Source of the DNA: Candidatus Limnocylindrus sp.
GTDB lineage: Bacteria; Chloroflexota; Limnocylindria; Limnocylindrales; Limnocylindraceae
DNA: 64,000 nt
Reading direction: 5' to 3'
Assembly (NCBI GenBank): GCA_040397175.1
Contig: JBBAWM010000003.1
Coordinates: 1-64,000 of the forward strand
This document shows, piece by piece, positions 19,614 to 28,422 of this stretch. The position numbers and the translations under genes are program-made. Under the pieces are notes generated by a model. That model searched no databases. It had not been told where the DNA came from and worked only from the letters and a program-made list of their open reading frames with translations. Position 1 is the stretch's first letter, and the number at the start of each line of letters is the position of its first letter.

Positions 19614-21238
19614 TATTCGTGCTCTGCCCCCGTGCGTGCGTGTCGGGCGTCAAAGAGTGGTCGCTCGGAGGTGATAGCTGGTAGTCGGTCGAAGTTCCAC
19701 GCTGGTGGCGGCGACGAGGTCGCCCACTCTAGGGTGTTCGCCTCCCAAGGGTCATCGCCCGCCTCTTCACCGCTGCGCAGCGAGATAAAGACGTTCCAGA
19801 AGAATGGAATAAAACTCGCACCGATCATGAATCCGCCGATCGTTGCCGCCAAGTTCAGGTCGTTCCAGCCAGCGGTTGGCGAATAGTCAGCGATGCGTCG
19901 GGGCATCCCCGCGAGGCCAAGAAGGTGCATCGGTAGGAAGGTCAGGTTCAACCCGACATACATCAGCGCGAAGTGGATCTTGCCGAGACGTTCGTCGAGC
20001 ATCTTTCCCGACATCTTCGGGAAGTAGAAATAGATGCCGGCCATGATGCTGAGGAACGATCCGCCGAAGAGCACGTAGTGAATGTGCGCGACGATCCAGT
20101 AGGTGGCGTGGATGGCGTAATCGACTGGCACAGACGCACTAAAGACGCCGTTGATGCCCCCGATTAGGAACATGCTCAGGAATCCGACAGAGAAGAGCAT
20201 CGGCGTCGTGAACGTGATCTGGCCGCGCCACATTGTGGCGATCCAGTTGAAGAATTTCACCCCTGTTGGCACCGCAATGAGGAAGGTCATCACCGAGAAG
20301 AAGGGCAAGAAGACACTGCCGGTCGTGAACATGTGGTGGGCCCACACGCTGAAGCCAAGGGCGCCGATACCAGCGGTGGCGAAGACGAACGCCTTGTAGC
20401 CGAAGAGTGGCTTGCGGCTAAACACTGGAAGGATTTCGGAGATCACACCCATTCCAGGCAACACCATAATGTAAACGGCGGGGTGGCTATAGAACCAGAA
20501 AATGTTCTGCCACAGAATGGCCGAGCCACCAAGCGCTGGATCAAAGAACGCGCCACCGAAGTTTCGGTCAATGAAGAGCATTACGAGCGCGCTGGTCAAC
20601 ACGGGCGTGCCCATCAGCACCAGCACGCTGGTGACGAGCACCGTCCAGGTAAGGATCGGCATGCGGAAGAGGGTCATGCCCGGTGCGCGCATGCGGAAGA
20701 TCGTCACCATGAAGTTCACGGCGCCAAGGATCGAGCTGGTGCCAACGAGCATCACGGCCACGATCCACAGGTTCATCCCTGGGCCGGGGCTGAACTTAAT
20801 GCTGCTGACTGGCGGGTACGCCGTCCAGCCCGCATCGGCGGCACCGCCGAGCAAGAAGCCCGATACGGCGACCAAGCCCGAGAAGGGGACCATCCAGAAG
20901 CTGAGTGCGTTGATGCGCGGGAAGGCCATGTCGGGAGCGCCGATCATGAGCGGCACCACGTAGTTACCGATCGCCGCGAGGAACGGAATGATGACCCAAA
21001 AGATCATCACCGAGGCGTGCATCGTAAACATTTGGTTGTAGGTGGACTCGGTGAGGAACTGCAGGCCAGGCTGAGCAAGCTCCGCGCGGACGAAGAGGGC
21101 TAGGGAGCCACCGACGCCGAGGAAGATAAACGATGAGATCGTATAGAGGATGCCGATCTTCTTATGGTCGGTGGTGGTCAGCCACTCATAGAGGCTGGTG
21201 CGCGGTCGAGCCGCCGATCGAACTGCGGTGGTTGCCAT
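19613..21238 (-). CDS. ctaD: Heme-copper oxidase subunit I (A2 type)
   Basis: TTDHKKIG, DMAFPR, WFYSHPAVY (YS motif), WAHHM, AHIHY, GMPRR. Confidence 0.97.
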   Translation of the reverse strand: MATTAVRSAARPRTSLYEWLTTTDHKKIGILYTISSFIFLGVGGSLALFVRAELAQPGLQFLTESTYNQMFTMHASVMIFWVIIPFLAAIGNYVVPLMIGAPDMAFPRINALSFWMVPFSGLVAVSGFLLGGAADAGWTAYPPVSSIKFSPGPGMNLWIVAVMLVGTSSILGAVNFMVTIFRMRAPGMTLFRMPILTWTVLVTSVLVLMGTPVLTSALVMLFIDRNFGGAFFDPALGGSAILWQNIFWFYSHPAVYIMVLPGMGVISEILPVFSRKPLFGYKAFVFATAGIGALGFSVWAHHMFTTGSVFLPFFSVMTFLIAVPTGVKFFNWIATMWRGQITFTTPMLFSVGFLSMFLIGGINGVFSASVPVDYAIHATYWIVAHIHYVLFGGSFLSIMAGIYFYFPKMSGKMLDERLGKIHFALMYVGLNLTFLPMHLLGLAGMPRRIADYSPTAGWNDLNLAATIGGFMIGASFIPFFWNVFISLRSGEEAGDDPWEANTLEWATSSPPPAWNFDRLPAITSERPLFDARHARTGAEHE

Positions 21239-21256
21239 GACTGACTCCTCCCCTAC

Positions 21257-22033
21257 CTAAAAGGCTGCGCTCGTTGTGAGCCGAATAGCAGATGGTGACG
21301 GTGATGGCGACGGCTTCGGTTTGGCGTTCGCAAGCCAGGTGGTGTACTCCTCAGGTGTCACCACACGCACCGTGAAGCGCATGGCATGGTGCATCAGTCC
21401 GCAGAAGGCGGAGCACTGGCCGGTGAACGTGCCGAGCTTGTTCGGCGTGAACTGGAACACGTTCACATGCCCAGGCACAAGGTCGCGCTGGAAGAGGAAT
21501 TGCGGAATGTAGAAGCCGTGGTTCACGTCTTGCGAGACCAGCGTGACTTGAACGACTTTACCCATTGGAACGACAAGCTCTGCATTCTGCTCGGGGGTTC
21601 CGAAGACTTCGATCCCATCATCTGGATAGGCGAACTTCCACTGCCACTGATAGCCAACGACTTCGACCTTTACCTCGGCCTTTGAAGCGTCGCGGGCGTC
21701 GACAACGTTGAGCACGTTCCAAGAGGCAATGAAGAGCAAGAAGACGGTGATCATCGGAATCGCGGTCCACACCACCTCCAACACCAGGTTGCCGTGGGTC
21801 TGCACTGGGAGATTGGTGTCGGTTGGCTTGCGGCGGTAGCGAATGACCGACCAGACAATGAGCCCCTCGACGAGGACGAAGACCACGGCGGCAACAATAA
21901 AGATGAGGTTGTAGAGGTCACGGACCAGCAGGGCCTGCTCGGTGACTGGGTCACGCAGGCTGACCGCCTGGCAGCCGCCCGCAATCAAGGCGACGGCGGC
22001 AATCAGGAGTGGGACGGCAAAACGGCGGTTCAT
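21257..22033 (-). CDS. ctaC: Heme-copper oxidase subunit II (CuA), lipoprotein
   Basis: Lipobox IAGGC, LEVVWTAIP, GYQWQW, DVNHGF, CSAFCGLMHHAM. Confidence 0.93.
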   Translation of the reverse strand: MNRRFAVPLLIAAVALIAGGCQAVSLRDPVTEQALLVRDLYNLIFIVAAVVFVLVEGLIVWSVIRYRRKPTDTNLPVQTHGNLVLEVVWTAIPMITVFLLFIASWNVLNVVDARDASKAEVKVEVVGYQWQWKFAYPDDGIEVFGTPEQNAELVVPMGKVVQVTLVSQDVNHGFYIPQFLFQRDLVPGHVNVFQFTPNKLGTFTGQCSAFCGLMHHAMRFTVRVVTPEEYTTWLANAKPKPSPSPSPSAIRLTTSAAF

Positions 22034-22228
22034 CTGGTCGATGCTCCCTCTCTCTCCCTAGGGCGTCTGCCCCGATCGACGGAATCATAGCCGACCCTGC
22101 GCTCTCAACCCCGTGGCCGACGCTGATTTGCGGCCGAACTGCAACCTCCATGAATCCTGAGCCGATATGTCGGATAATCACGTCACTAGTCGCCATCCTG
22201 GCGGCAACAGGCGAGGAGGCCAGAGGTT

Positions 22229-23503
22229 ATGGCTGGACGAGCAGCGAAAAGCGCTCCAAAGCGGGCAGCTGGCACCTCGAAGGCGAAGGGCACGTTGGCA
22301 AAGGCCGGCCTCGCCCCCGGTCGCACCGCCACGATTGTCTTGGGCCTCGCCGCCGCCATCGGCATCGGCATTGCCATCTGGTCCCAGATCCCAACCCAGG
22401 GAGCCATCGCTGCCAAAGAGGGTGAGTGGAAGATCGTGATCTCCGCCGGTCGCCATACCGCCGGCGACGTCACCTTCGATCTGAACAATCGCGGCACCGT
22501 GCCGCATGAGTTCCTCGTCGTGGCCACCGAAAAGACCGCCGCGCAGCTCCTTGAAAGCGTCGACGCCACGACCAACCGCATCGACGAGGCCAACCTTGAC
22601 GTTGTGGATGAGCAACCAGAGTACGACCCCGGCACGACCGCCACGCTGACCGTCAAACTTCCGAAGGGCCACTACGTGGTGATGTGCAACATCGAGGGCC
22701 ACTACAAGAACGGCATGTACGCCGATCTCACCATCACCGACTCCCCGGACGGATCTGTGGTCGAACGCACTCCTGCACCTGAGCCGGTTGCCGACATTGG
22801 GCCAGTCTCTGGTACCGAGAAGGAGTGGGCCATTGAAATTTCGTCCAGCCTGCATGAGGCTGGGACGACCACCTTCAACTTGCAGAACCTTGGCACCATC
22901 GCCCACGAGTTCCTCGTGGTGCGCAGCGACAAGACATCATCGCAGCTGCTTGCGAGCGTTGATGCCGCGACGAATCGAATCGACGAAGCGCAACTCAACG
23001 TTGTGAATGAGCAGCCGGAATACAAGCCGGGTGTACCAGGCATGGTGACCGTGAACCTTGAGCCGGGCCACTACGTGGTGATGTGCAACATTGCCGGCCA
23101 CTACAAGGCGGGCATGTACGCCGACCTTGAAGTTGTAGCGGCGAAGCCGGCAACGGGTGCCGTAAAGGGCACCGAGAAGGAGTGGAACATCTCGCTCGAC
23201 TCGTACTCGCACACTGCAGGCTCGATTACGTTTGACCTTACGAATGCGGGCACGATTGCCCACGAATTCCTCGTGGTACGCACCGATATCACCTCAACCG
23301 ACCTGCTTGCCAGCGTCGACGCCACGACCCATCGCATCGACGAGGCCCTCCTGGATGTGGTGAATGAGCAGCCAGAGTACCTACCAGGCGTGCCAGGCAC
23401 CGTCACCGTTGACCTGCCGCCAGGGCACTACGTAGTGATGTGCAATATCGAGGGCCATTACAAGGCCGGCATGTACGCCGACTTTGACGTTCTCGCCCCG
23501 TAA
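22229..23503 (+). CDS. Membrane-anchored protein with three tandem cupredoxin (auracyanin/sulfocyanin-like) domains
   Basis: One TM helix followed by three repeats of EW...HEFLVV...YVVMCNIxGHYKxGMY. Confidence 0.88.
   Translation: MAGRAAKSAPKRAAGTSKAKGTLAKAGLAPGRTATIVLGLAAAIGIGIAIWSQIPTQGAIAAKEGEWKIVISAGRHTAGDVTFDLNNRGTVPHEFLVVATEKTAAQLLESVDATTNRIDEANLDVVDEQPEYDPGTTATLTVKLPKGHYVVMCNIEGHYKNGMYADLTITDSPDGSVVERTPAPEPVADIGPVSGTEKEWAIEISSSLHEAGTTTFNLQNLGTIAHEFLVVRSDKTSSQLLASVDAATNRIDEAQLNVVNEQPEYKPGVPGMVTVNLEPGHYVVMCNIAGHYKAGMYADLEVVAAKPATGAVKGTEKEWNISLDSYSHTAGSITFDLTNAGTIAHEFLVVRTDITSTDLLASVDATTHRIDEALLDVVNEQPEYLPGVPGTVTVDLPPGHYVVMCNIEGHYKAGMYADFDVLAP
22414..23500 (+). repeat. Three intragenic repeats of about 330-390 bp (cupredoxin domains); boundaries approximate
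   Basis: Recurrent GGGCACTACGT(G/A)GTGATGTGCAA-like segments near 22667, 23066 and 23422, and GAGTTCCTCGT-like segments in each unit. Confidence 0.85.
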
Positions 23504-23568
23504 GGGGGAGCGGCTCCGAGCGAACCAGGTTACGCACAGCGCGGCGCCGCCGCGCGTATGATCTGCGC

Positions 23569-24573
23569 ATGCCAGCTGTGACCGTTCCCGACATTACGCT
23601 CCTCGCGCGAACGCCTGTCGCCGACCTGCTCACCGCACGGCCACGACCGGTGATTTCGCTCAGCACCGCGCCGAGCGGATTCGAGGGCGAGGGCTTTCCG
23701 GTGCGCCGCGCCTTCATGGGCGCACCGCTGGCGGCGATTGATCCATTCATCATGCTCGACCAGATGGGCGAGGTTGAGTACGCCCCCGGCGAACCGAAGG
23801 GGACGCCATGGCATCCGCATCGCGGATTTGAGACCGTCACCTACATGCTCGACGGCATCCTTGATCACCGCGACAGCAATGGTGGCGGTGGACGAATTAG
23901 TGATGGCGACACGCAGTGGATGACTGCCGGTGGCGGCATCCTGCACATTGAGACGCCACCTGAATTCTTGGTCGCGAGTGGCGGCCTCTTTCACGGCTTT
24001 CAGCTCTGGGTGAATCTGCCGCGCGCCAAGAAGTGGTCACCGCCCGCCTATCAAGACATTCGCTCGAGTGAGGTAAAGCTCCTTGCCTCGCCTGACGGCG
24101 GAACACTCCTTCGACTGATTGCTGGCGACGTTGGTGGGCATAGCGGACCAGGCTCCACACAAACGCCGATCGCACTGGTGCATGCAACGCTGCAGCCAGG
24201 CGCAGAGCTCGACCTTCCGTGGCGCCCCGACTTCAATGCGCTCGTCTACGCCCTCTCTGGTCGCGGCGCAGTTGGCGCGGAGCGCGTCGGCATTCAGGCG
24301 GGGCAGCTCGCCGTCTACGGCGCCGGTGATCGCATCGTCGTGAAGGCCTCCGAGCATCAGGACCAGCGCACCCCCGCGCTCGACGTGCTGATCCTTGGCG
24401 GGCTCCCAATCAAGGAGCCGGTGGCTTGGCTCGGGCCGTTCGTCATGAACACGCGCGACGAGGTGGTGCAGGCATTCGAGGACTACCAGGCTGGGAAGCT
24501 TGGCGTAATTCCGGCGGCCCAAAGCAATCCTCACAACACACCGACCAGCGTCATCGAATCGGGGAACGAGTAG
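23569..24573 (+). CDS. Pirin family protein
   Basis: DPFIMLD, HPHRGFETVTY, WMTAGGGILHIE, QLWVNLP, GPFVMN. Confidence 0.93.
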   Translation: MPAVTVPDITLLARTPVADLLTARPRPVISLSTAPSGFEGEGFPVRRAFMGAPLAAIDPFIMLDQMGEVEYAPGEPKGTPWHPHRGFETVTYMLDGILDHRDSNGGGGRISDGDTQWMTAGGGILHIETPPEFLVASGGLFHGFQLWVNLPRAKKWSPPAYQDIRSSEVKLLASPDGGTLLRLIAGDVGGHSGPGSTQTPIALVHATLQPGAELDLPWRPDFNALVYALSGRGAVGAERVGIQAGQLAVYGAGDRIVVKASEHQDQRTPALDVLILGGLPIKEPVAWLGPFVMNTRDEVVQAFEDYQAGKLGVIPAAQSNPHNTPTSVIESGNE

Positions 24574-24575
24574 CG

Positions 24576-25217
24576 GTGGAGATCTTCCTTCTCGGCGCTG
24601 CCCTCGCCTTCTCCATCAACATTGAACTCGGTGTCGTCAACGTCATGATCGTGCGTACCGCCATTGATCGCGGTGCATGGCCCGCACTCCTGATCGGGCT
24701 TGGCTCTTGCATCGGCGATGTGATCTGGGCATGCGCTGGCGCCCTCGGTGTCAGCGCCCTTCTCCAGTGGCCACCGGCCGCCTGGGTGCTCTGGATCGGC
24801 GGGAGCGCGATCCTCTGCTGGTTCGCCGCAGCCGCACTGCGCGATGCAGTGCGCGGCGGCTCGATTGATGACTCATCGCCACTCCGTCGCGCCACTGGAC
24901 TGCGTGCCGTTGGCCTCGGACTCGGCGTCGCACTCAGCTCCCCAACGCTAATCCTCTGGACCGCAACCGTTGGCGGGAGCGTCGTTGCCGCGCAGGCAAC
25001 GAGCATCGCCGGATTTGTACCGTTTATCTCTGGATTCGCAGCGGCGGCAGTGCTGCACTCTGCGGTGCTTGCAGGCGTGGTCGGCGCCACGCGCCGCTTC
25101 ACTGGGCCGCGCACCGTTCGTGCCGTCTCACTCATCTCTGCCTTGATGTTTGCGGCGTTCGCCGTGGGGATCTTTGTTGACGGTGCACGTCGGCTCCTCC
25201 TCCCACTTCTCGGCTAA
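24576..25217 (+). CDS. LysE family translocator
   Basis: LGVVNV...GLGSCIGD, LSSP, about 6 TM helices; GTG start 2 nt after the pirin stop. Confidence 0.75.
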   Translation: MEIFLLGAALAFSINIELGVVNVMIVRTAIDRGAWPALLIGLGSCIGDVIWACAGALGVSALLQWPPAAWVLWIGGSAILCWFAAAALRDAVRGGSIDDSSPLRRATGLRAVGLGLGVALSSPTLILWTATVGGSVVAAQATSIAGFVPFISGFAAAAVLHSAVLAGVVGATRRFTGPRTVRAVSLISALMFAAFAVGIFVDGARRLLLPLLG

Positions 25218-25250
25218 CGAGTCAGAGGCGGCTTCTGGTATCGTGTGCGC

Positions 25251-25301
25251 ATGACTAGCATGCAGCTCCGCGCACTTGAGGGTGAACCGTCGATCTGTTG
25301 A
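25251..25301 (+). CDS. Putative leaderless leader peptide MTSMQLRALEGEPSIC upstream of sseA
   Basis: TGgTATCGT-6nt-ATG; 16 codons; shares GEPSIC with the cysK leader. Confidence 0.75.
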   Translation: MTSMQLRALEGEPSIC

Positions 25302-25361
25302 CGCTCGCATCGCGCCAACGCTGATTGAACACATAACCCATCAATGATTGAGGAGAGAAAA

Positions 25362-26249
25362 ATGAGCAACGTACCTCTTGATCCAACAGAAAAGTTCCAG
25401 GAGTACGCCACTCCGGGCGCACTCGTCTCAACCGAGTGGCTCGCCGCCAACCTCAACACACCAGGGCTGGTTGTGGTGGAGTCAGACGAAGACACGCTCC
25501 TCTACGAGACTGGGCACATCCCAGGAAGCGTCAAGGTGGACTGGCACACCGACCTGAACGACCCCGTGTCTCGCGACTATGTCGGACCTGAAGACTTTGC
25601 GGCGCTGATGTCACGCAAGGGGATCGACCGCGACACCACCGTGGTCTTCTACGGCGACAAGTCAAACTGGTGGGCCGCCTACGCCCTCTGGGTCTTTCGC
25701 CTCTTCGGCCACACCGAGGTGCGCCTCCTTGATGGCGGTCGCCAGAAGTGGGAGGCAGAGGGTCGCGAGATGTCCAAGGCTGTGCCGACGCGCGCGGCCA
25801 CAAGCTACCCGCTCTCTCCGCGAAACGACAGTGATCTTCGTGCCTACCGCGAACAGGTGATCGAGCACGTCGGCGCCAAGGGCTGCATGGTGGACGTCCG
25901 TTCACCACAAGAGTTCAGTGGCGAGCTGACGCACATGCCCGACTACCCACAGGAGGGGACGCTCCGTGGTGGCCACATCCCAGGAGCGAAGTCTGTCCCG
26001 TGGAAGCGAGCCGCCAATGACGACGGCACATTCAAGGGGGTCGCCGACCTTCGCGCCATTTATGAGGGTGAAAAGGGCCTAGCGGCCGACGACGATGTGA
26101 TTGCCTACTGCCGAATTGGTGAGCGGTCGAGCCACACCTGGTTTGTGCTCACCTACCTGCTCGGCTTCAAGAACGTCCGCAACTACGACGGGTCGTGGTC
26201 AGAGTGGGGCAACGCCGTTCGACTTCCGATCGCCGTCGGCGCCGAATAG
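25362..26249 (+). CDS. sseA: Thiosulfate/3-mercaptopyruvate sulfurtransferase (tandem rhodanese)
   Basis: LVSTEWL, GHIPG twice, active-site [17 protein letters not shown]; SD GAGGAG. Confidence 0.92.
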   Translation: MSNVPLDPTEKFQEYATPGALVSTEWLAANLNTPGLVVVESDEDTLLYETGHIPGSVKVDWHTDLNDPVSRDYVGPEDFAALMSRKGIDRDTTVVFYGDKSNWWAAYALWVFRLFGHTEVRLLDGGRQKWEAEGREMSKAVPTRAATSYPLSPRNDSDLRAYREQVIEHVGAKGCMVDVRSPQEFSGELTHMPDYPQEGTLRGGHIPGAKSVPWKRAANDDGTFKGVADLRAIYEGEKGLAADDDVIAYCRIGERSSHTWFVLTYLLGFKNVRNYDGSWSEWGNAVRLPIAVGAE

Positions 26250-26264
26250 GCGCCGCGCACACAC

Positions 26265-26711
26265 ATGTCGGACGCGGCCGCAGCACAGCTTCCACCCGGA
26301 CTCGCTGCGGTCGCTGCCGACTTTGCCGACACGCCTCGCGAGATGCGCCTCGAGCTGCTGCTCGAATATGCAGATCGGTTGAAGCCACTTCCAGAACCGT
26401 ACGCGTCGCAAACCAACCTGATGGAACGCGTTGAAGAGTGCCAGTCGCCGCTCTTTGCGATCGCGGAGGTGGTCGGTGACAGCGTGCGGATCCATGCGAC
26501 GGCACCGCAAGAGTCGCCAACTACCCGGGCGTTTGCATGCATCATGCAGCTCGGCCTTAGCGGCCTTACACCAGAAGAGATTCTCGCCGTGCCGGCCGCT
26601 GCTCCACTCCAGCTGGGCCTGACGGAGTTAGTCTCGCCACTTCGCATGCGCGGCGCAACGGGGCTGCTCGCACGGATCCAGCGCCAGGTGCGCGCCGCAA
26701 TCAGCGCCTGA
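26265..26711 (+). CDS. sufE: SufE family sulfur acceptor
   Basis: LLEYADRL, VEECQSP, ESPTTRAFA, VSPLRMRG. Confidence 0.85.
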   Translation: MSDAAAAQLPPGLAAVAADFADTPREMRLELLLEYADRLKPLPEPYASQTNLMERVEECQSPLFAIAEVVGDSVRIHATAPQESPTTRAFACIMQLGLSGLTPEEILAVPAAAPLQLGLTELVSPLRMRGATGLLARIQRQVRAAISA

Positions 26712-26724
26712 TCAAGAGATCTCG

Positions 26725-27258
26725 CTAGGTCGCGTCGCGCGTGCGATCGCTGTTCTTTTCGGCAATCTTTAGTAGGTCGCGCGTTAGTCGCTCCATCTCA
26801 CTCGCCGGCAGCGCGCCGCCAAAGCGCTCGGCGACGGCGGCGAGGTGCGCGGGCGCAACGGCCTTGAACGTTCGCACGCCGAGCGGCGTAAGGGTCGCCC
26901 AATGCACCCGACCATCTTCGGTGCAGCGGCGTCGTGTCACCCAGCCATTCACGGCGAGTCGGTCAATACGTCGTGTGAGTCCGCTCTTTGAAATCAGCAC
27001 GGCGTCTGCCAGTTCGCTCATACGGAGCCGATAGTCCTCGGATCGCACGAGCTGCGCCAGCACATCAAAGTCGGCGAGGCTCATGCCTGACGAGTCCATC
27101 AGTTCTGAGGAGAGGGCGCGCGTCACTCGGCCATAGGCGGTGAGAAGGGCGATCCAGGCGCGGGCGACCTTTGGGTCAAGTAGTTTCGACGCGTCGGTAC
27201 CGAGCACTGCAGAGAGTGCGGTAATTTCGTTGCTGACCGGATCGCTTGTTGTTGCCAT
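26725..27258 (-). CDS. MarR family transcriptional regulator
   Basis: LRMSELAD...SKSGLTRRIDRL...EDGR...LTPLG winged helix. Confidence 0.9.
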   Translation of the reverse strand: MATTSDPVSNEITALSAVLGTDASKLLDPKVARAWIALLTAYGRVTRALSSELMDSSGMSLADFDVLAQLVRSEDYRLRMSELADAVLISKSGLTRRIDRLAVNGWVTRRRCTEDGRVHWATLTPLGVRTFKAVAPAHLAAVAERFGGALPASEMERLTRDLLKIAEKNSDRTRDAT

Positions 27259-27267
27259 TGCTTGCAA

Positions 27268-27319
27268 TAGTTGCACTTGCAATCATTTCAGTCAAGTAGT
27301 ATATTTGCGTCTGCAACTA
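27268..27319. promoter_or_regulatory. Two imperfect 18-bp palindromes (consensus TAGTTGCA-NN-TGCAACTA), probable MarR operators
   Basis: TAGTTGCACTTGCAATCA at 27268-27285 and TATTTGCGTCTGCAACTA at 27302-27319, between divergent marR and LUD genes. Confidence 0.65.
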
Positions 27320-27360
27320 CCTGAGCGTTCGCTCAGGAGTAGATATGAAGGGGGTCCACG

Positions 27361-27972
27361 ATGTCAGCAGCACGTTTTAAGCAGGTGGCCGACGCCGCCA
27401 ATATCGATCGCGCCGTAGCGGCGCTCAACAAGCACGGCTTCTCCGCCACAGTGGTCGCCGACGGCGCTGCTGCCAAAGCTGCCGTCCTCGCCTTGATCCC
27501 AGCAGGGTCTGAGGTCTTCACCTTCACCTCGGCAACGCTCGACGCGACCGGTCTTACCGAAGCGCTGAATTCCGCTCCATACAAGAGCCTGCGCGACAAG
27601 ATGTACAGGCTTGATCGAAACACCCAGAGCGCTGAGATGCGCGCTATTGGTTCGGCTCCAGCGTTCGCCGTTGGCAGCGTGCACGCCGTCACCGAAACGG
27701 GCGAACTGATGATTGCCTCGGCGACCGGCTCGCAGCTCCCCTCGTACGCCTACGGCGCAGGCCACGTGGTCTTCGTGGTTGGTGCACAGAAGATCGTGAA
27801 GGATCTTGCTGAGGCGACGGAGCGCATCGCAACGTATACCCTGCCACTCGAAGATACGCGCGCACAGGCGGCCTACGGTGTGAACAGCGCGATCAACAAG
27901 ACGCTCATCCTCCACGGCGAGATGCCAGGTCGTATCGACGTGGTGATCGTTGCAGAGGAACTCGGTTTCTAA
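27361..27972 (+). CDS. LUD (lactate utilization B/C) domain protein
   Basis: GSVHAVTETGELMIASATGSQL, VVGAQKIV, EELGF. Confidence 0.8.
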   Translation: MSAARFKQVADAANIDRAVAALNKHGFSATVVADGAAAKAAVLALIPAGSEVFTFTSATLDATGLTEALNSAPYKSLRDKMYRLDRNTQSAEMRAIGSAPAFAVGSVHAVTETGELMIASATGSQLPSYAYGAGHVVFVVGAQKIVKDLAEATERIATYTLPLEDTRAQAAYGVNSAINKTLILHGEMPGRIDVVIVAEELGF

Positions 27973-28382
27973 TGCGCGCAGCGATCGTTCGCGGCGCAGT
28001 ACTCGCCGCAGTCGTTAACCTCGCCATCTGGTTTGTAGCCGCCGTACAGGGCGTTGTTCCGCCACTCGCCGAATCTGTACCGACAGTTGTTGGCGTTGCG
28101 TTTGCGTCTGCCGGCGGCGTTGCCGCAGCAGGGCTCGTCGCAAATCGATTCATTGGGACGGGTGCACGCCGTCGGTGGGATCGCGTCGCGTGGGTGGTCT
28201 TAATTCTCTCGATTGGGTCGCCGATTGGGCTTACACTGGGACTGATTCCCGTTTCGCCCATTGACCCAACGAATGCACTCTTGATCTCGTTCAAGGGTGG
28301 GATTGCGGCAGTCTACGCGGTGATGCACGTCACCACGTTCGCAGCTGTGCAACGAACGGTTGCTCGGGCGATCAAGGGTTGA
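27972..28382 (+). CDS. Hypothetical 4-TM membrane protein
   Basis: Hydrophobic ORF coupled to the LUD gene (TAATG overlap). Confidence 0.65.
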   Translation: MRAAIVRGAVLAAVVNLAIWFVAAVQGVVPPLAESVPTVVGVAFASAGGVAAAGLVANRFIGTGARRRWDRVAWVVLILSIGSPIGLTLGLIPVSPIDPTNALLISFKGGIAAVYAVMHVTTFAAVQRTVARAIKG

Positions 28383-28422
28383 GCGCGCCCGCTGGGGGTG
28401 AACCCAGCAGGCGCTCAGCGCG

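Noticed and set aside
22414-23500. Repeated DNA as a CRISPR array or mobile repeat
   Set aside because: The repeats are long, in frame and protein-coding (cupredoxin domains); no spacer structure or cas genes
25299-25301. TGT-TGA in the sseA leader, and the TGA at 57959, as selenocysteine or genetic code 4
   Set aside because: Many bona fide genes here terminate at TGA and no convincing SECIS was recognised downstream
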